NCBI GenBank assembly: GCA_035297365.1
Contig: DATGZA010000014.1
Coordinates: 192,001 to 256,000, forward strand
Direction of reading: 5' to 3'
Origin: Nitrososphaeraceae archaeon
GTDB taxonomy: Archaea; Thermoproteota; Nitrososphaeria; Nitrososphaerales; Nitrososphaeraceae
Length of the DNA: 64,000 bases
This document shows positions 41,390 to 52,349 of this stretch, one piece after another; the stretch's first letter is position 1; every line of letters starts with the position of its first letter. The notes under the pieces are model-generated. The model saw only the letters and a list, made by a program, of their open reading frames with translations. It did not search any database and had not been told where the DNA came from. Both the position numbers and the translations under genes were made by a program.

Positions 41390-44026
41390 TTAAAAAAATA
41401 TTTTAATTGTTAGAATTTTGAATGTATCAATTTCTATATTCATTTCATTATTTTCTATATTCTTTATTTCTTGAATTTTATTTCCCATTAAATCAACTAT
41501 TTCCGCAGCTTTTACATTTAAAGCTAATTTGATCTTTACACTAGTTTTCTTACCTTCTGTTTCATATATCCTCAAAATTATTGTTTTCCTATCATCACTT
41601 AACTTTATAGTACTTAAAATTACATTTTCTTTGTCGATTTTCAGAAAAGAATCTCTATTTGCTAAACTGCCACTTTGTAAATTTTTATCTCCGTTGGAAT
41701 GACCATTTACGTTGTTGTTATTTCTTTTTATCTGTACTGGAATTAAAGGCATGTTGATCTCCATCCCGTGTTTGTAAATATCATCTTCTTTCCAATCATT
41801 TTCGTGTGGAAGTATAGAATATCTGAAAATATACGGTTTCATTTCTGCGGCATCAGGTGTAGGAATACATGGTCCCATTATTCCATCAGATGATAATAAA
41901 ATTATACTCCTAAGGAGTGTTAAGTATATAGTATTATCTCTGACCTCATGAGAAGGTAATCCTTGATGTAGCAAGCTAACTCCAATTTTTTCATTTGAGT
42001 CATTCCTATCAGAAATATAATCAACCCATTCAAATGATGGAAAAACTCCAGATGGTTTTTCAAACCAATAGGGTTCGTTTCTTTTATAATATAAGTTAGT
42101 ATCTCTTTGTATAGCTCCAAATTGTGTCCCACACCAGTAGTTTGAGGATTTTATATTGGTATCAAATTTAACCCTTAATCTAGAATGAGGATGTTTATCA
42201 AAAATATGGGTTATAAAATCTATTCTATTTAAATTCTTGTAAATTATAATTTCTTTTTCTATATCTACGAAATCATGTCTAAATAGCATGGGTTTTAATT
42301 TCTCGGTAAATCTATACGGCCATCTTAAAGCATAATATTTACTCTTAAATTTTATATGTGTCTTTAATTTGCCATTTATTACTTCGTATTTTTCGGGGTT
42401 GAATATTCCGTATTTTACTCCATCTCCAGATTCAGACTTTAGCAGTCCCAAATTTTCTCTATGATAGTACAAATCTCCAATTTCTTCATCTAAACATATC
42501 TCATTTCCCATCAAATAACGTATTTTTTCGTTATTCTTGTTAATTTTTGAGACTGTGATTATAGCATTCTCTCTATTGATTTCAATATCATACTCTTTAT
42601 TTTTAAAATTCGTATCATGAGTAACTATGGTTTCCAAATTGATGTTATCTGACCTAACAAGTTGTAGAGTTTTATATCCAAGTGAGGGGATCGAAATTAA
42701 AAATCCTATCTTTATTTTCTTTATAGACTTATCTGAATAGAGAGAATAGTCTAGAATTTCTATTTCTATGCTCTGATCCTCATCTTTTAGTCCGGAAATC
42801 CCAATGACTTCTTGCGGATCGAATTCCAGGGTTAGTTCTGTCCAGTTAGTCACTTCCCATGATAAAGGATTAAAAATAAAAATTTCCTTATTATTGTCTG
42901 TTTTTAAAGATAATTTTTTCAGATACTCTTGGATTGATTTGCCGATACTTTTCTTTGCATTATCAAATATTTCTCCTATTTCTTTGTATACTTCATCTAC
43001 GCCTGTTCCTGGCAAAACATCATGCATGGCAACAAATAGCAATTCTTTCCAGTGTTTTGAAAGTAAATCTGAAATATTATCATCATGAATATTTACCATC
43101 CAAGAAATTGCATCAAGTCTTTCAAGTAATAATATGCTATTTTCAAATTCTTTTGTTCCTTGTTTTATCCACATACGAGTTGATGTACATTCAGGATATA
43201 CTGCTGAAAATTTTCCTGAATACATCTCTCCTTTTCTGATCATAAATTTGATGTTTTGTTTTTCTAACTCCCTAAAAAATCGAAGAGGGGTAGACATAGA
43301 CATCTTATGTCGCTTTGTATACTTTCCGTCCCTATCAACCGATTTTTTATTCCAATCTTCGATCGCATCGATTAACTCTGGTTGTGGTGGTGTTGAACCA
43401 CTTCCAGAAAGCATCAAAATTTGATTTGTTGCAGAATGTTTTCTTAATTTCTTGTAAGATTTGTCTAGATCTGTTAAAAACAATCCCGCCCTATAACCTA
43501 ATGGCATCCAATGAGTCAAGATCTGTGTTCCATCAAGACCTTGCCAAAAAAATTCAGAAGGTGTTGAATTATCTATGCCCCTTCTGAAGATAAAATATTT
43601 GTATCCTGCACTTTTTAAAATCTGCGGCCACTGTGAATTAAATCCAAATTCATCAGCACCATAAGCAACTAGAACCTCTTGATTTAATTTATCCTTTACA
43701 AATTTTTTACCTTCAATTATTTCTCTTATTAGTACTTCTCCATTTGGAACCATTGTATCGGCTAGTAAGTACTGACCGCCAGCGATTTCCATTTTATTTT
43801 CCCTTATTAGATCACTTATTTCTGAGAAAAGATTCGGATAATCTTTCTCTACTTTTTCCAAAAGAAATGTTTGTTCAATGATAAATTTGTAATCTGATTT
43901 TTTGATAAGATTTATGGCTTGTTTTAAAATAACCTCAATATTGACAAAATAATAGTCTTGTTTATTCAATATCCATACGGCATCATAATGCATATGAGGA
44001 ACTACATGAATAGTGGGATCACTCAT
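41390..44026 (-). CDS. GH38 alpha-mannosidase
   Basis: VPHMHYDAVW, ADEFG, FFWQGLDGT, MHDVLPGT; ATG 44026 overlaps the upstream stop (ATGA). Confidence 0.93.
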   Translation of the reverse strand: MSDPTIHVVPHMHYDAVWILNKQDYYFVNIEVILKQAINLIKKSDYKFIIEQTFLLEKVEKDYPNLFSEISDLIRENKMEIAGGQYLLADTMVPNGEVLIREIIEGKKFVKDKLNQEVLVAYGADEFGFNSQWPQILKSAGYKYFIFRRGIDNSTPSEFFWQGLDGTQILTHWMPLGYRAGLFLTDLDKSYKKLRKHSATNQILMLSGSGSTPPQPELIDAIEDWNKKSVDRDGKYTKRHKMSMSTPLRFFRELEKQNIKFMIRKGEMYSGKFSAVYPECTSTRMWIKQGTKEFENSILLLERLDAISWMVNIHDDNISDLLSKHWKELLFVAMHDVLPGTGVDEVYKEIGEIFDNAKKSIGKSIQEYLKKLSLKTDNNKEIFIFNPLSWEVTNWTELTLEFDPQEVIGISGLKDEDQSIEIEILDYSLYSDKSIKKIKIGFLISIPSLGYKTLQLVRSDNINLETIVTHDTNFKNKEYDIEINRENAIITVSKINKNNEKIRYLMGNEICLDEEIGDLYYHRENLGLLKSESGDGVKYGIFNPEKYEVINGKLKTHIKFKSKYYALRWPYRFTEKLKPMLFRHDFVDIEKEIIIYKNLNRIDFITHIFDKHPHSRLRVKFDTNIKSSNYWCGTQFGAIQRDTNLYYKRNEPYWFEKPSGVFPSFEWVDYISDRNDSNEKIGVSLLHQGLPSHEVRDNTIYLTLLRSIILLSSDGIMGPCIPTPDAAEMKPYIFRYSILPHENDWKEDDIYKHGMEINMPLIPVQIKRNNNNVNGHSNGDKNLQSGSLANRDSFLKIDKENVILSTIKLSDDRKTIILRIYETEGKKTSVKIKLALNVKAAEIVDLMGNKIQEIKNIENNEMNIEIDTFKILTIKIFF

Positions 44027-44886
44027 TTTTTCCGGTTCCTCTGTAATATATGATCCAATACTACTTCCTTCCAACCATCTTGAGCTATACCCTTAACTCT
44101 TGTTAGATTGTTAATTTCCATTGGTGTATATTGATTGAAGATATTCCTTACTAGGAAAGCTTGATCGACATTTTCAAACATGGTAATATCATTGATAGCG
44201 TCTCCAATAGCTATAACTTGAATCTTTTCATTTTTATATTTTTTATAAAAAAGATTTTTTAGAATAGAAACTGCACATCCCTTGTCGTGTCGCGCCGAGA
44301 CTGTGATATATCTGGTACCTTGAGCCATGATAAGGTTTCTTTCAATTAGGGCCCTCTCCAACTCTACACGATTGACAAATTCTATCTCTAGTATGGTTTC
44401 ACTATATTCCCTTGATGCCATCAATGTTGCACACTCCACTGATATTCCAACTTTATTAGCTAATTGGGTAATTGAAAAATCAGAAACACAATTGAATCTA
44501 ATATGAAACTTATTCCGTATATCATTAAGGATTGTTATTATTTGCTCATAGGATTTTCCCAATTCTAAAGTCATATTCCCATCTATCTCTTTGGTTTCCA
44601 AACCAAATTCATCAAGATTAAACGGAAAATAGTTTTTTGGAACAATAATGGCACCTCCATTTTCTACAATATAGGGATCAACTATATCTAGGTCATTTCT
44701 TATTTTGTCTTGTTCTTTTCGAGTTTTAGTTGAACATAATACTAGAGGAATTTGATTCTCTGAAAGAATCTTAATAACTTTTTTAATGTCTCCATAGCCG
44801 TCTGAATGAATCATTTCTCTATTTCTTGCTATATATGATTGTACGAGGGTATTGTCAATATCAGAAAAAATTAAAAACCGTGACAT
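44023..44886 (-). CDS. HAD-IIB mannosyl-3-phosphoglycerate phosphatase-like protein
   Basis: DIDNTL, CSTKT, IVENGG, REYSE, DKG, IGDAINDITM. Confidence 0.88.
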   Translation of the reverse strand: MSRFLIFSDIDNTLVQSYIARNREMIHSDGYGDIKKVIKILSENQIPLVLCSTKTRKEQDKIRNDLDIVDPYIVENGGAIIVPKNYFPFNLDEFGLETKEIDGNMTLELGKSYEQIITILNDIRNKFHIRFNCVSDFSITQLANKVGISVECATLMASREYSETILEIEFVNRVELERALIERNLIMAQGTRYITVSARHDKGCAVSILKNLFYKKYKNEKIQVIAIGDAINDITMFENVDQAFLVRNIFNQYTPMEINNLTRVKGIAQDGWKEVVLDHILQRNRKK

Positions 44887-44958
44887 ATCTTTTTACTCTT
44901 TCTTTAAAATGAATCACTTTATACTTTAACGTAAGAACTTACATAAGAATTTTCTATA

Positions 44959-45525
44959 TCAAGGGAAAATTTGTCTGCCTGTTAATTTATCAATAATTTT
45001 TATTGCTTTTGTAGGACAAGTCTGGGCTGCATCTAATATGTTTTCAAAATCATCTCCAGATTCAGATATCACTACTGCTTTAGGATTGATCATCTTATTC
45101 TTTTCAACAACGAACACATGAGGAGCTAGAATCTCACAACTGCCAAATGCCATACACAAAGAAGGTTCTATTATTATATTAAACCTTGACTTTTTCTTTA
45201 TTGGACCATATTTTTGGGAATTGTCATTAGGTTCATTATCTAAAACTGTTTTTTCATTTTCTAGATTGGTACCTAAATTAAAATCATCAACAATATCATT
45301 ATTTTCTATTTCAAGACATAATTTATCATAATAACCCCTCTTATGATTGTCAGATAAAACTTCAAAGGCGATATTGATTTTTTTTATCATTTCCAAATCG
45401 TACTCTTTTCCAGAGTTCTTATCTGGATGATATTTTTTGACTAGCTGTCGATAAGTTTTTTTTATTTCAATGCTATCTGAATCCATAGTTAATCCAAGAA
45501 TACTATAATATCCGTAAATATCCAA
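44959..45525 (-). CDS. DnaJ-ferredoxin fusion (DnaJ-Fer)
   Basis: J domain with HPD; C-terminal CMAFGSC...CPT 3Fe-4S-type ferredoxin. Confidence 0.93.
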   Translation of the reverse strand: MDIYGYYSILGLTMDSDSIEIKKTYRQLVKKYHPDKNSGKEYDLEMIKKINIAFEVLSDNHKRGYYDKLCLEIENNDIVDDFNLGTNLENEKTVLDNEPNDNSQKYGPIKKKSRFNIIIEPSLCMAFGSCEILAPHVFVVEKNKMINPKAVVISESGDDFENILDAAQTCPTKAIKIIDKLTGRQIFP

Positions 45526-45877
45526 CTATCAATTATGTATTTACTTCTTATTTAATTTCTATGAAAGAGTTACCGCATTTAAAGTAGATTTAAAGCGATT
45601 TCATGGAAACGAGACGTCAACTTTAGCTGTTTTAGAAGTCTGAATATTATTAGAATTTCTTTAACAATACTCAATCGATCTCCAAAAAAATCACCACTAC
45701 TGAGGATAATTAATTGTTTTTTTTTTGTTTATATCCAATACAGATCCTATAAACTTAAATTAGAACTTCATATGTCAAGATGAATTCAAATCTATCTATC
45801 ACATCGATATTGTAAATTATAATTGTTTATTCTGTTTGATTAATTTTGATCGTTATTCAAAAAGATGTTTTTCTGTG

Positions 45878-46846
45878 TTAACTAGTATTGTAAATTAACT
45901 CTGAACTAATTTTGAGCATTTTGGTGTTTTCTAAAAAATTACAATTTTCTAATCCTAGTTTCTTGGCCAATCCTATTATTAAGAGTTGTACAATGAAAGT
46001 TGCCATCAGTAATATTTTGATATCTTCATAATCAGGAATTTCAATCATCAATGTTTCTATCATCCTTTTTTTCAGTGATCTTTGTAATTTCTTTTCTTTT
46101 TCATAAAGACTGTGCCTTTTGGAGGAAAGAATAATTATAGAATCATTTTCTGTAATTTCAAACAATGGTGCATGACAGAAATTCTCAAGTGAGTATGCAA
46201 AAGACTTCCACCCCAGAACTTCATTAACCTTTAAAGATCCATACATGGCTATAGGATACAAAATAGAATTTCCAAGAAAAATTATAGAATTATTTTCATG
46301 TGAAGTAGATGAACACTTAGTTTTAGATACCAAAACTTTTGCTTTTCTTTTGGATTTTTCATATATTTCTTTTATATTATTGATATTGTGCGATCCTTGC
46401 AATAGATAAACACAAGTTACCATGCTGATAATAAAACTTAAAGTTCCCGAAGTAGGACTAGCTAAATTTTTATAGTTTAGATTTATTACTCGATCACAAT
46501 TCCTAGCCAATTGGCTGTCCGGATTACTTGTTATTGCTATAGTTTGCTTACAGTATTTTTTTATCTTTTGTGCAACAAGTATATTCTGTTTAGTTTTACC
46601 AGAAATGGAAATTATATAAACAATTTTATCTTTACTTATGGAAGGATTGATTATTAAGTCAGCTGGATCGATACATAGAGAATCAAAATTTGTGAGATAA
46701 CTAAATATCAATCCTGCAACATATGAATCTCCAGAGCCAACGATTATACATTTATTGAAATTATTAATTTTAGGTGGTTTTTTAATTTTAGAAATTTCCG
46801 AAACCTGAAGGCTAATTTCTTTTTCCATTATTTCCAATGACTTCAT
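45878..46846 (-). CDS. double SIS-domain sugar-phosphate isomerase-like protein
   Basis: GSGDS, ISISGKT, AITSNPDS.LA, LKVNE, ENFCHAP. Confidence 0.88.
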   Translation of the reverse strand: MKSLEIMEKEISLQVSEISKIKKPPKINNFNKCIIVGSGDSYVAGLIFSYLTNFDSLCIDPADLIINPSISKDKIVYIISISGKTKQNILVAQKIKKYCKQTIAITSNPDSQLARNCDRVINLNYKNLASPTSGTLSFIISMVTCVYLLQGSHNINNIKEIYEKSKRKAKVLVSKTKCSSTSHENNSIIFLGNSILYPIAMYGSLKVNEVLGWKSFAYSLENFCHAPLFEITENDSIIILSSKRHSLYEKEKKLQRSLKKRMIETLMIEIPDYEDIKILLMATFIVQLLIIGLAKKLGLENCNFLENTKMLKISSELIYNTS

Positions 46847-47379
46847 TTTTAATATCTTTCCTTTTAATTATTTAAAAAATTTATTTATCCTTTTATTTTC
46901 CTAGAAAACAATATTTTTAGATTGAGATGTAAATTAAGAATATTCTAGATTTTAATTATTAAATTTTTTTTCGTATGATAAGATCAATTTCCTATACCCA
47001 TATTCTATTTTAAAAAATTAATGAGATGTCATAGATGAATATAGGGGTATATACATGAATATGAGATTACATTCAACTAGAATCTAAACTAAAAAAATCC
47101 TTCAAAAAAAGAAACCTCATAGAACTATTTTGGATTTTCTCTCATCTTTATAACAGAGGGTGTGATAAACATCGTCAATCATAACTTTTTAAATGGAGTT
47201 TATTTTAGTCCGTTTAACATATTTAATTTAAAACAAAAAAAACACAAATATCTCCCATAATACTGATTTCTTTTAAAGAAAGTATCGAATATTTTCGGTT
47301 TTTCTTTAAATACTAATTATAAAATCCGTAAGCTTAGAATATATGATAATATATCCAAAATGTGAGGTAGCATTAATTA

Positions 47380-48135
47380 TTGAAATTACAAGATAAGGTT
47401 GCAATAGTTACAGGAGCAAGTGGAACTGTTGGTAGAGATATTACTAAAAAACTCGTATTAGAAGGTTGTAAGGTTGTTCTTGTAGGAAAAAATAGCAAAA
47501 AATTAAACAGCTTAGTAGAGGAAATAGGAAAAAAGGATGATCTTTTACCTCTGCCTTCAGATATTAGCAAGGAGGGAGATGTACTTAATATTATTGAACA
47601 AACCACCTATAACTTCAATACCATAGATATTTTGATTAACAATGCAGGAATAATAAATGATCCCGAACCTTTCCACAAAACTAATCAAGATCTGTGGATG
47701 AGTTTGATCGAAGTTAACCTAATAGGAACTTTGCATATGACAAAATGCGTATTGCCTATAATGATGCAAAATAAATCCGGTAACATTGTAAACATTTCTT
47801 CAACGTTAGGAACTAAGGCCATTTCCGGAGTTCCTCTTTCAATCTATGGCCTTACAAAAGGTGGATTGATATCATTTACAAAACATGTAGCTGTAGAGTA
47901 TGGGGAATACGGAATCCGGTGTAATTGTATTGTTCCCTCTTCCATAAGATCGCCATTTTTAGAACCATTCATGAGTGATGAAAACGCCAGAAAAACTCTA
48001 GTATCATCATTTCCCTTGGGGACAATTGGAGACCCCTCTGATATCTCTAATGCAGTCATATATCTGTGTTCAAATGATTCGAAATGGGTTACAGGAGCAG
48101 AACTAGATATAGATGGTGGGATGTCTGCAAAGTAG
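47380..48135 (+). CDS. short-chain dehydrogenase/reductase
   Basis: TGASGTVG, INNAG, YGLTK, IDGG. Confidence 0.95.
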   Translation: MKLQDKVAIVTGASGTVGRDITKKLVLEGCKVVLVGKNSKKLNSLVEEIGKKDDLLPLPSDISKEGDVLNIIEQTTYNFNTIDILINNAGIINDPEPFHKTNQDLWMSLIEVNLIGTLHMTKCVLPIMMQNKSGNIVNISSTLGTKAISGVPLSIYGLTKGGLISFTKHVAVEYGEYGIRCNCIVPSSIRSPFLEPFMSDENARKTLVSSFPLGTIGDPSDISNAVIYLCSNDSKWVTGAELDIDGGMSAK

Positions 48136-48211
48136 GTATTGCCTATATTCTCTGTAATAGCAGAGAATTAATCAGACCTATATTTTTATAATATTATTTT
48201 TATACATATTT

Positions 48212-48556
48212 ATGAAAAAGTTAGAAATCATAATACCACATGAACGTTTAAACGAAGCAGATTCCATTCTCGAAAAGTTTAATGTTGGAGGAATGTCCTT
48301 TCTTCATGTCAATGGACGAGGCAAGACCAAATGGAGTCCTATTCCTGTTGGTAGGGGAGTGATGGTGTATACTCCAAAATTTGGAACTCGCACTAAAATT
48401 GAAGTACTAGTAAAGGATGAAATAGCTAAACCTTTAGTCGATGCAATAATAGAAAATCTCAGTACAGGGTCTGTGTCTGATGGAAAAATATTCGTCTATG
48501 ATGTTCATGACGCTTATGATATAGGAAACAGACAACAATCGGATTTGGCAATTTAG
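48212..48556 (+). CDS. glnB: PII nitrogen regulatory protein
   Basis: MKKLEIII, GGMS...GRG, KIEV, TGSVSDGKIFV. Confidence 0.92.
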   Translation: MKKLEIIIPHERLNEADSILEKFNVGGMSFLHVNGRGKTKWSPIPVGRGVMVYTPKFGTRTKIEVLVKDEIAKPLVDAIIENLSTGSVSDGKIFVYDVHDAYDIGNRQQSDLAI

Positions 48557-48685
48557 CCTTATTCCTTTAATTTTGTTCAATATTTCGTTACCACATATAT
48601 AACACATCATTTCCGGTACTTTATAATAACACAAATAAATTGACTTCATATAGGAAACAATATTTTTCATTAATATAATTGAACT

Positions 48686-48826
48686 TTATAGAAATATAAC
48701 TGGTTTTCTAGTCAATCTTAAAACCTTTTTTGCAATACTTCCTATATCTTGTTCCGTCAGTTCCAGGCCTTTTGATCTCATTACTATTATCGCCATATTT
48801 ATCCCAACGTCAAGTAAAGTAACCAA
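48686..48826 (-). pseudogene. C-terminal fragment of a universal stress protein
   Basis: IIVMRSKG...IGSIAKKVLRLTRKPVIFL; stop immediately upstream. Confidence 0.6.
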
Positions 48827-49024
48827 TCTCTTGTGTTAAGATTGCTTGCATTGTTATCAAATTAGAAGAGGAATTATTTAAGAATGATTTCCAACGTCAA
48901 TTGTAAATCTTTAAAAAGAATTTTTAAAAAAATTTGAATAATTATCTCTTTTATATAAATAATATAAATATAATATGGTACTATTAAAATTAAAATATTC
49001 GTCTTACAATAAAATAGAGCATTA

Positions 49025-49570
49025 TTGATAGCAGTAGATCAAGTTGATGAAGTTATTTTGTCTGCCTTATCCAGAGATGCAAGACAAGATGTCAGAGAAA
49101 TCTGGGAATTCCTTAGAGATCATGGATTCAATTTAACCGAAAGTGAAATTGAATCTAGAATTACGCGACTAGAAGACGATAAAGTAATTACGAGATATAC
49201 TATATCAATTGACACGAAGAAAATTAATTGTCGTATAGTGAGATTTATTCTGGTTAAATTTAGAACCTCCCAACACCTTCCTAGTAGAATGGAAGGATTG
49301 AAAAAGTATCTTTCTGATGCTCCATTTGTTCTTTATTCAGGAAAAACTAGAGGGGGTTATGATTGGATTTGGATACAGGCATTTTTAACAGAAGAAATGG
49401 CTGACGAAGAAATGGACATGTATAGAAATCTTTTTGGTGATATAATTCAAACATATGAAGTGTATGATTTTATTCCAACAAAAGAGATTTCTCATCAGGC
49501 ATTATGTTATACTGAAACAGAGTATAAACACTTTTTAGAAGAATGGTTACCACCATTTTTAGGTAGATAA
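49025..49570 (+). CDS. Lrp/AsnC family regulator
   Basis: DQVDEVILSALSRDAR...RITRLEDDKVITRYT; RGGYD. Confidence 0.9.
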   Translation: MIAVDQVDEVILSALSRDARQDVREIWEFLRDHGFNLTESEIESRITRLEDDKVITRYTISIDTKKINCRIVRFILVKFRTSQHLPSRMEGLKKYLSDAPFVLYSGKTRGGYDWIWIQAFLTEEMADEEMDMYRNLFGDIIQTYEVYDFIPTKEISHQALCYTETEYKHFLEEWLPPFLGR

Positions 49571-49596
49571 AAAAAGAAATATATTTAATAATTATT

Positions 49597-50478
49597 TTAT
49601 ATTTTTATTGCTTTCTTGCTAGAATTCTTAAATCTTATTGTTTCATCTATTAACTCGTGAATTTTTAATCTTATTTCCATTAGAAAATTGATAATTTCAG
49701 TTCTATTCTCTGGTTCGATTGTTACTTCAACTTCCTCTATCAAATTGTCAATTCTAGCTAAACTTACCCTAAGTGATAATGATGCCTTTTTGGTGATTTT
49801 TAATGAGTTGAAAAAGTAGCTATTGTTTCCATTCGACAGGTTCCTATTTTGTTCATCGATATTCTCTTTAATTGCTCTTTTCATTTCTCTTAATTTTTTA
49901 ACAGATATTTTATTTCTAATTATTTCTTCCAGGATCTCTGGATGACTATCAATTGGTATGGATGAAATTTCTATTGCCTTGCTAACGTTTATCATGTTGT
50001 CAGATATTTTTTTCTTTATTTCATCAGGTAATTTAAGCAATTGAATTCTGTGAGAAACATATTCTTCGCTTTTTCCAATTTTTTTTGCTAGGTCACATAC
50101 TCCACCCCAGCCAAAATCTATTACATATTTTCTAAAAGCTTCTGCCTCTTCTATAGGATCCATCGTTTTTCTTTGAATATTTTCTGTTAACTGAATCTCA
50201 AAAGCCTGTTTGTCAGACATCTCTCGAATTTTACACGCAATAAAACGCCATCTCAGTGATCTACAAGCATGATATCTTCTATGACCTGCTACAATTTCAA
50301 ATCCATGGGACAATGGTCTAATAATGATGGGTTGAAGTAAACCATACTCTCTGATACTCGATACCAATGTATCGTCTTCTTCAGAATATTTTTGAAATTT
50401 GTCCCTTACTGCAAAAGAGGACGGCCTAATCATCTTCATTTCAATCTGCTCAATTATGCTTGTGTCGACAAATTCCAC
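49597..50478 (-). CDS. ParB/Spo0J-like protein
   Basis: GLLQPIIIR, IVAGHRRY.A, ENIQR, LAKKIGKSEEYVSHR. Confidence 0.93.
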   Translation of the reverse strand: MEFVDTSIIEQIEMKMIRPSSFAVRDKFQKYSEEDDTLVSSIREYGLLQPIIIRPLSHGFEIVAGHRRYHACRSLRWRFIACKIREMSDKQAFEIQLTENIQRKTMDPIEEAEAFRKYVIDFGWGGVCDLAKKIGKSEEYVSHRIQLLKLPDEIKKKISDNMINVSKAIEISSIPIDSHPEILEEIIRNKISVKKLREMKRAIKENIDEQNRNLSNGNNSYFFNSLKITKKASLSLRVSLARIDNLIEEVEVTIEPENRTEIINFLMEIRLKIHELIDETIRFKNSSKKAIKI

Positions 50479-50615
50479 AATTATGAATTGTTGGTTATAT
50501 TTATATTGTTTTTTATTTTTCTCTTTTAAAATAAATAAAATTTATATGTTTTGTGGAAAAAATCAAATTACTTATATAAAAAATTACTTTTTAGTGAATT
50601 TTCAATATGAAAATG

Positions 50616-51506
50616 TCAATGTTCATGTCTGTGATCGTCCTTATGAACATGGAGATGAGAGTGTTTTTCATCTCCATGAAAATGTCTGTGACGTAATCTT
50701 TTAAGATAAACGTAGAAGAGTGATATTCCAAATCCAGATGCACCGAACAAAACTATCGTTGCACCTGAAGGAGAATCAATATAAAAACTAGTATACATTC
50801 CTAAAAATGCAGTACTAATTCCTATAATAGAAGATAAAAGTAACATCTTAAAAAAATTATTTGTAAGCAGTCTTGCAGAAGCAGCTGGTGCTATAATTGC
50901 AATGGCAAGAAGTGTAACGCCAATAGAATTCATTGCAGATATAACTACAGATGCAAGAACAAGGGAAAATAAAATGTCTACGCGATTTGTATTTATACCA
51001 TAAACTTTTGCAGTTTCATTATCAAAAATAGTAAATAGTAGTCTTTTTTGAAAGAAGAAGATAAATACGATTGTAATAATTGTTACTACAGAAATAATCA
51101 TGAAATCAAAGTCAGTTATAGCTAATATGTTCCCAAATAGCATGGCTTCAAAATTTTTAATTGGGCTGTGACCTGTATTCATTAACATAACTCCAGCTGC
51201 AAAACCGGCAGTAGTAACTATGCCAATTACCGCATCTGCTTTGATTTTATATCTTTTATTTATCTCTGTTATTGCTATTGCTGAAAGAAACCCCCATAAG
51301 GTTGCTCCAATATAAAAGTTAAGACCAACTAGGTAGCTGCTTACAGCTCCTCCGAAAACAGCATGAGATAAACCATGTCCTATATAGCTCATTCCTCTAA
51401 GAACAACATACACTCCCAATAACCCACAAATTGATCCTAGCAATATAGACACAATAATCCCACGTGTAAAAAATTCATACTGGAAAGGCTGCAGTAAAAA
51501 ATCCAT
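50616..51506 (-). CDS. metal ABC transporter permease (ZnuB/TroC type) with His-rich tail
   Basis: GHGLSHAVFGG, LFGNIL, PSGATIV; HRHFHGDEKHSHLHVHKDDHRHEH. Confidence 0.93.
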   Translation of the reverse strand: MDFLLQPFQYEFFTRGIIVSILLGSICGLLGVYVVLRGMSYIGHGLSHAVFGGAVSSYLVGLNFYIGATLWGFLSAIAITEINKRYKIKADAVIGIVTTAGFAAGVMLMNTGHSPIKNFEAMLFGNILAITDFDFMIISVVTIITIVFIFFFQKRLLFTIFDNETAKVYGINTNRVDILFSLVLASVVISAMNSIGVTLLAIAIIAPAASARLLTNNFFKMLLLSSIIGISTAFLGMYTSFYIDSPSGATIVLFGASGFGISLFYVYLKRLRHRHFHGDEKHSHLHVHKDDHRHEH

Positions 51507-51525
51507 TTATATTTTTCTCCTCATT

Positions 51526-52269
51526 TTAATTACTTTTTGCTATACCATAAGTTCTATGAATTACATTTTCAGACAATACGTTATTAGGATATCCTTGAGA
51601 TATTAACTCTTTGTTCAAACATACTACCCAGGGTAACTTCCTAGCCACACCATCAATATCATGTGTAGTAATTATGATAGTAATTCCTTTATTGTTCAGC
51701 TCGGTTAATGTTTGTACAAGATTTTCCTTTGACATAGGATCTAGCCCAGAGGTCGGTTCATCTAAAATCAATATATCGGGATTATGAATCAGAGCTCTTG
51801 CTAAAAATGCACGTTTTTGTTCTCCCCCTGATAATTCTCTTATTTGTCTATCCGAATAATCATCTAATTCGAGGTCATGCAGGATGGAATTTATTTCTTC
51901 TTTTGTTCTACTGTTTATCCATGGAAAACGACCAGAGTTGTTCCAAATACCCATAGCTACTAATTCTCTTACTGTAACAGGAAAGTCCCATTCCACACTT
52001 TCGACCTGTGGAGAGTAGCCTATAGTAGGAAATGTAACCCCATTATGTTTTGAATTCTTTTCAAACATGATTGTTCCATTCCATGGTCGAATTAATCCTA
52101 AAATCAATTTCAGTAAAGTGGTCTTTCCTGCACCGCTAGGACCCAGTAAACCCACAAAACTACCTTTTAAAAAATCTAATGAAATGCCCTCGATTATTGG
52201 ATCATGGAATTTATATCCAAATGATAAATTTCTTATTGTTATTATACTAGGTATATTATTGGAAGCCAT
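51526..52269 (-). CDS. metal ABC transporter ATPase
   Basis: GPSGAGKT, LSGGE, LILDEP, THD. Confidence 0.95.
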   Translation of the reverse strand: MASNNIPSIITIRNLSFGYKFHDPIIEGISLDFLKGSFVGLLGPSGAGKTTLLKLILGLIRPWNGTIMFEKNSKHNGVTFPTIGYSPQVESVEWDFPVTVRELVAMGIWNNSGRFPWINSRTKEEINSILHDLELDDYSDRQIRELSGGEQKRAFLARALIHNPDILILDEPTSGLDPMSKENLVQTLTELNNKGITIIITTHDIDGVARKLPWVVCLNKELISQGYPNNVLSENVIHRTYGIAKSN

Positions 52270-52349
52270 TTTCTAGGTTATGCCTTCTTTAACATCCAAT
52301 CAGAATAACCTTTTACACTTGTCAATTCTTTTATATCCCAGATTTTAAC

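Noticed and set aside
49597-50478. ParB as sign of an integrated plasmid
   Set aside because: No ParA, Rep, integrase or att nearby; flanked by ordinary chromosomal genes
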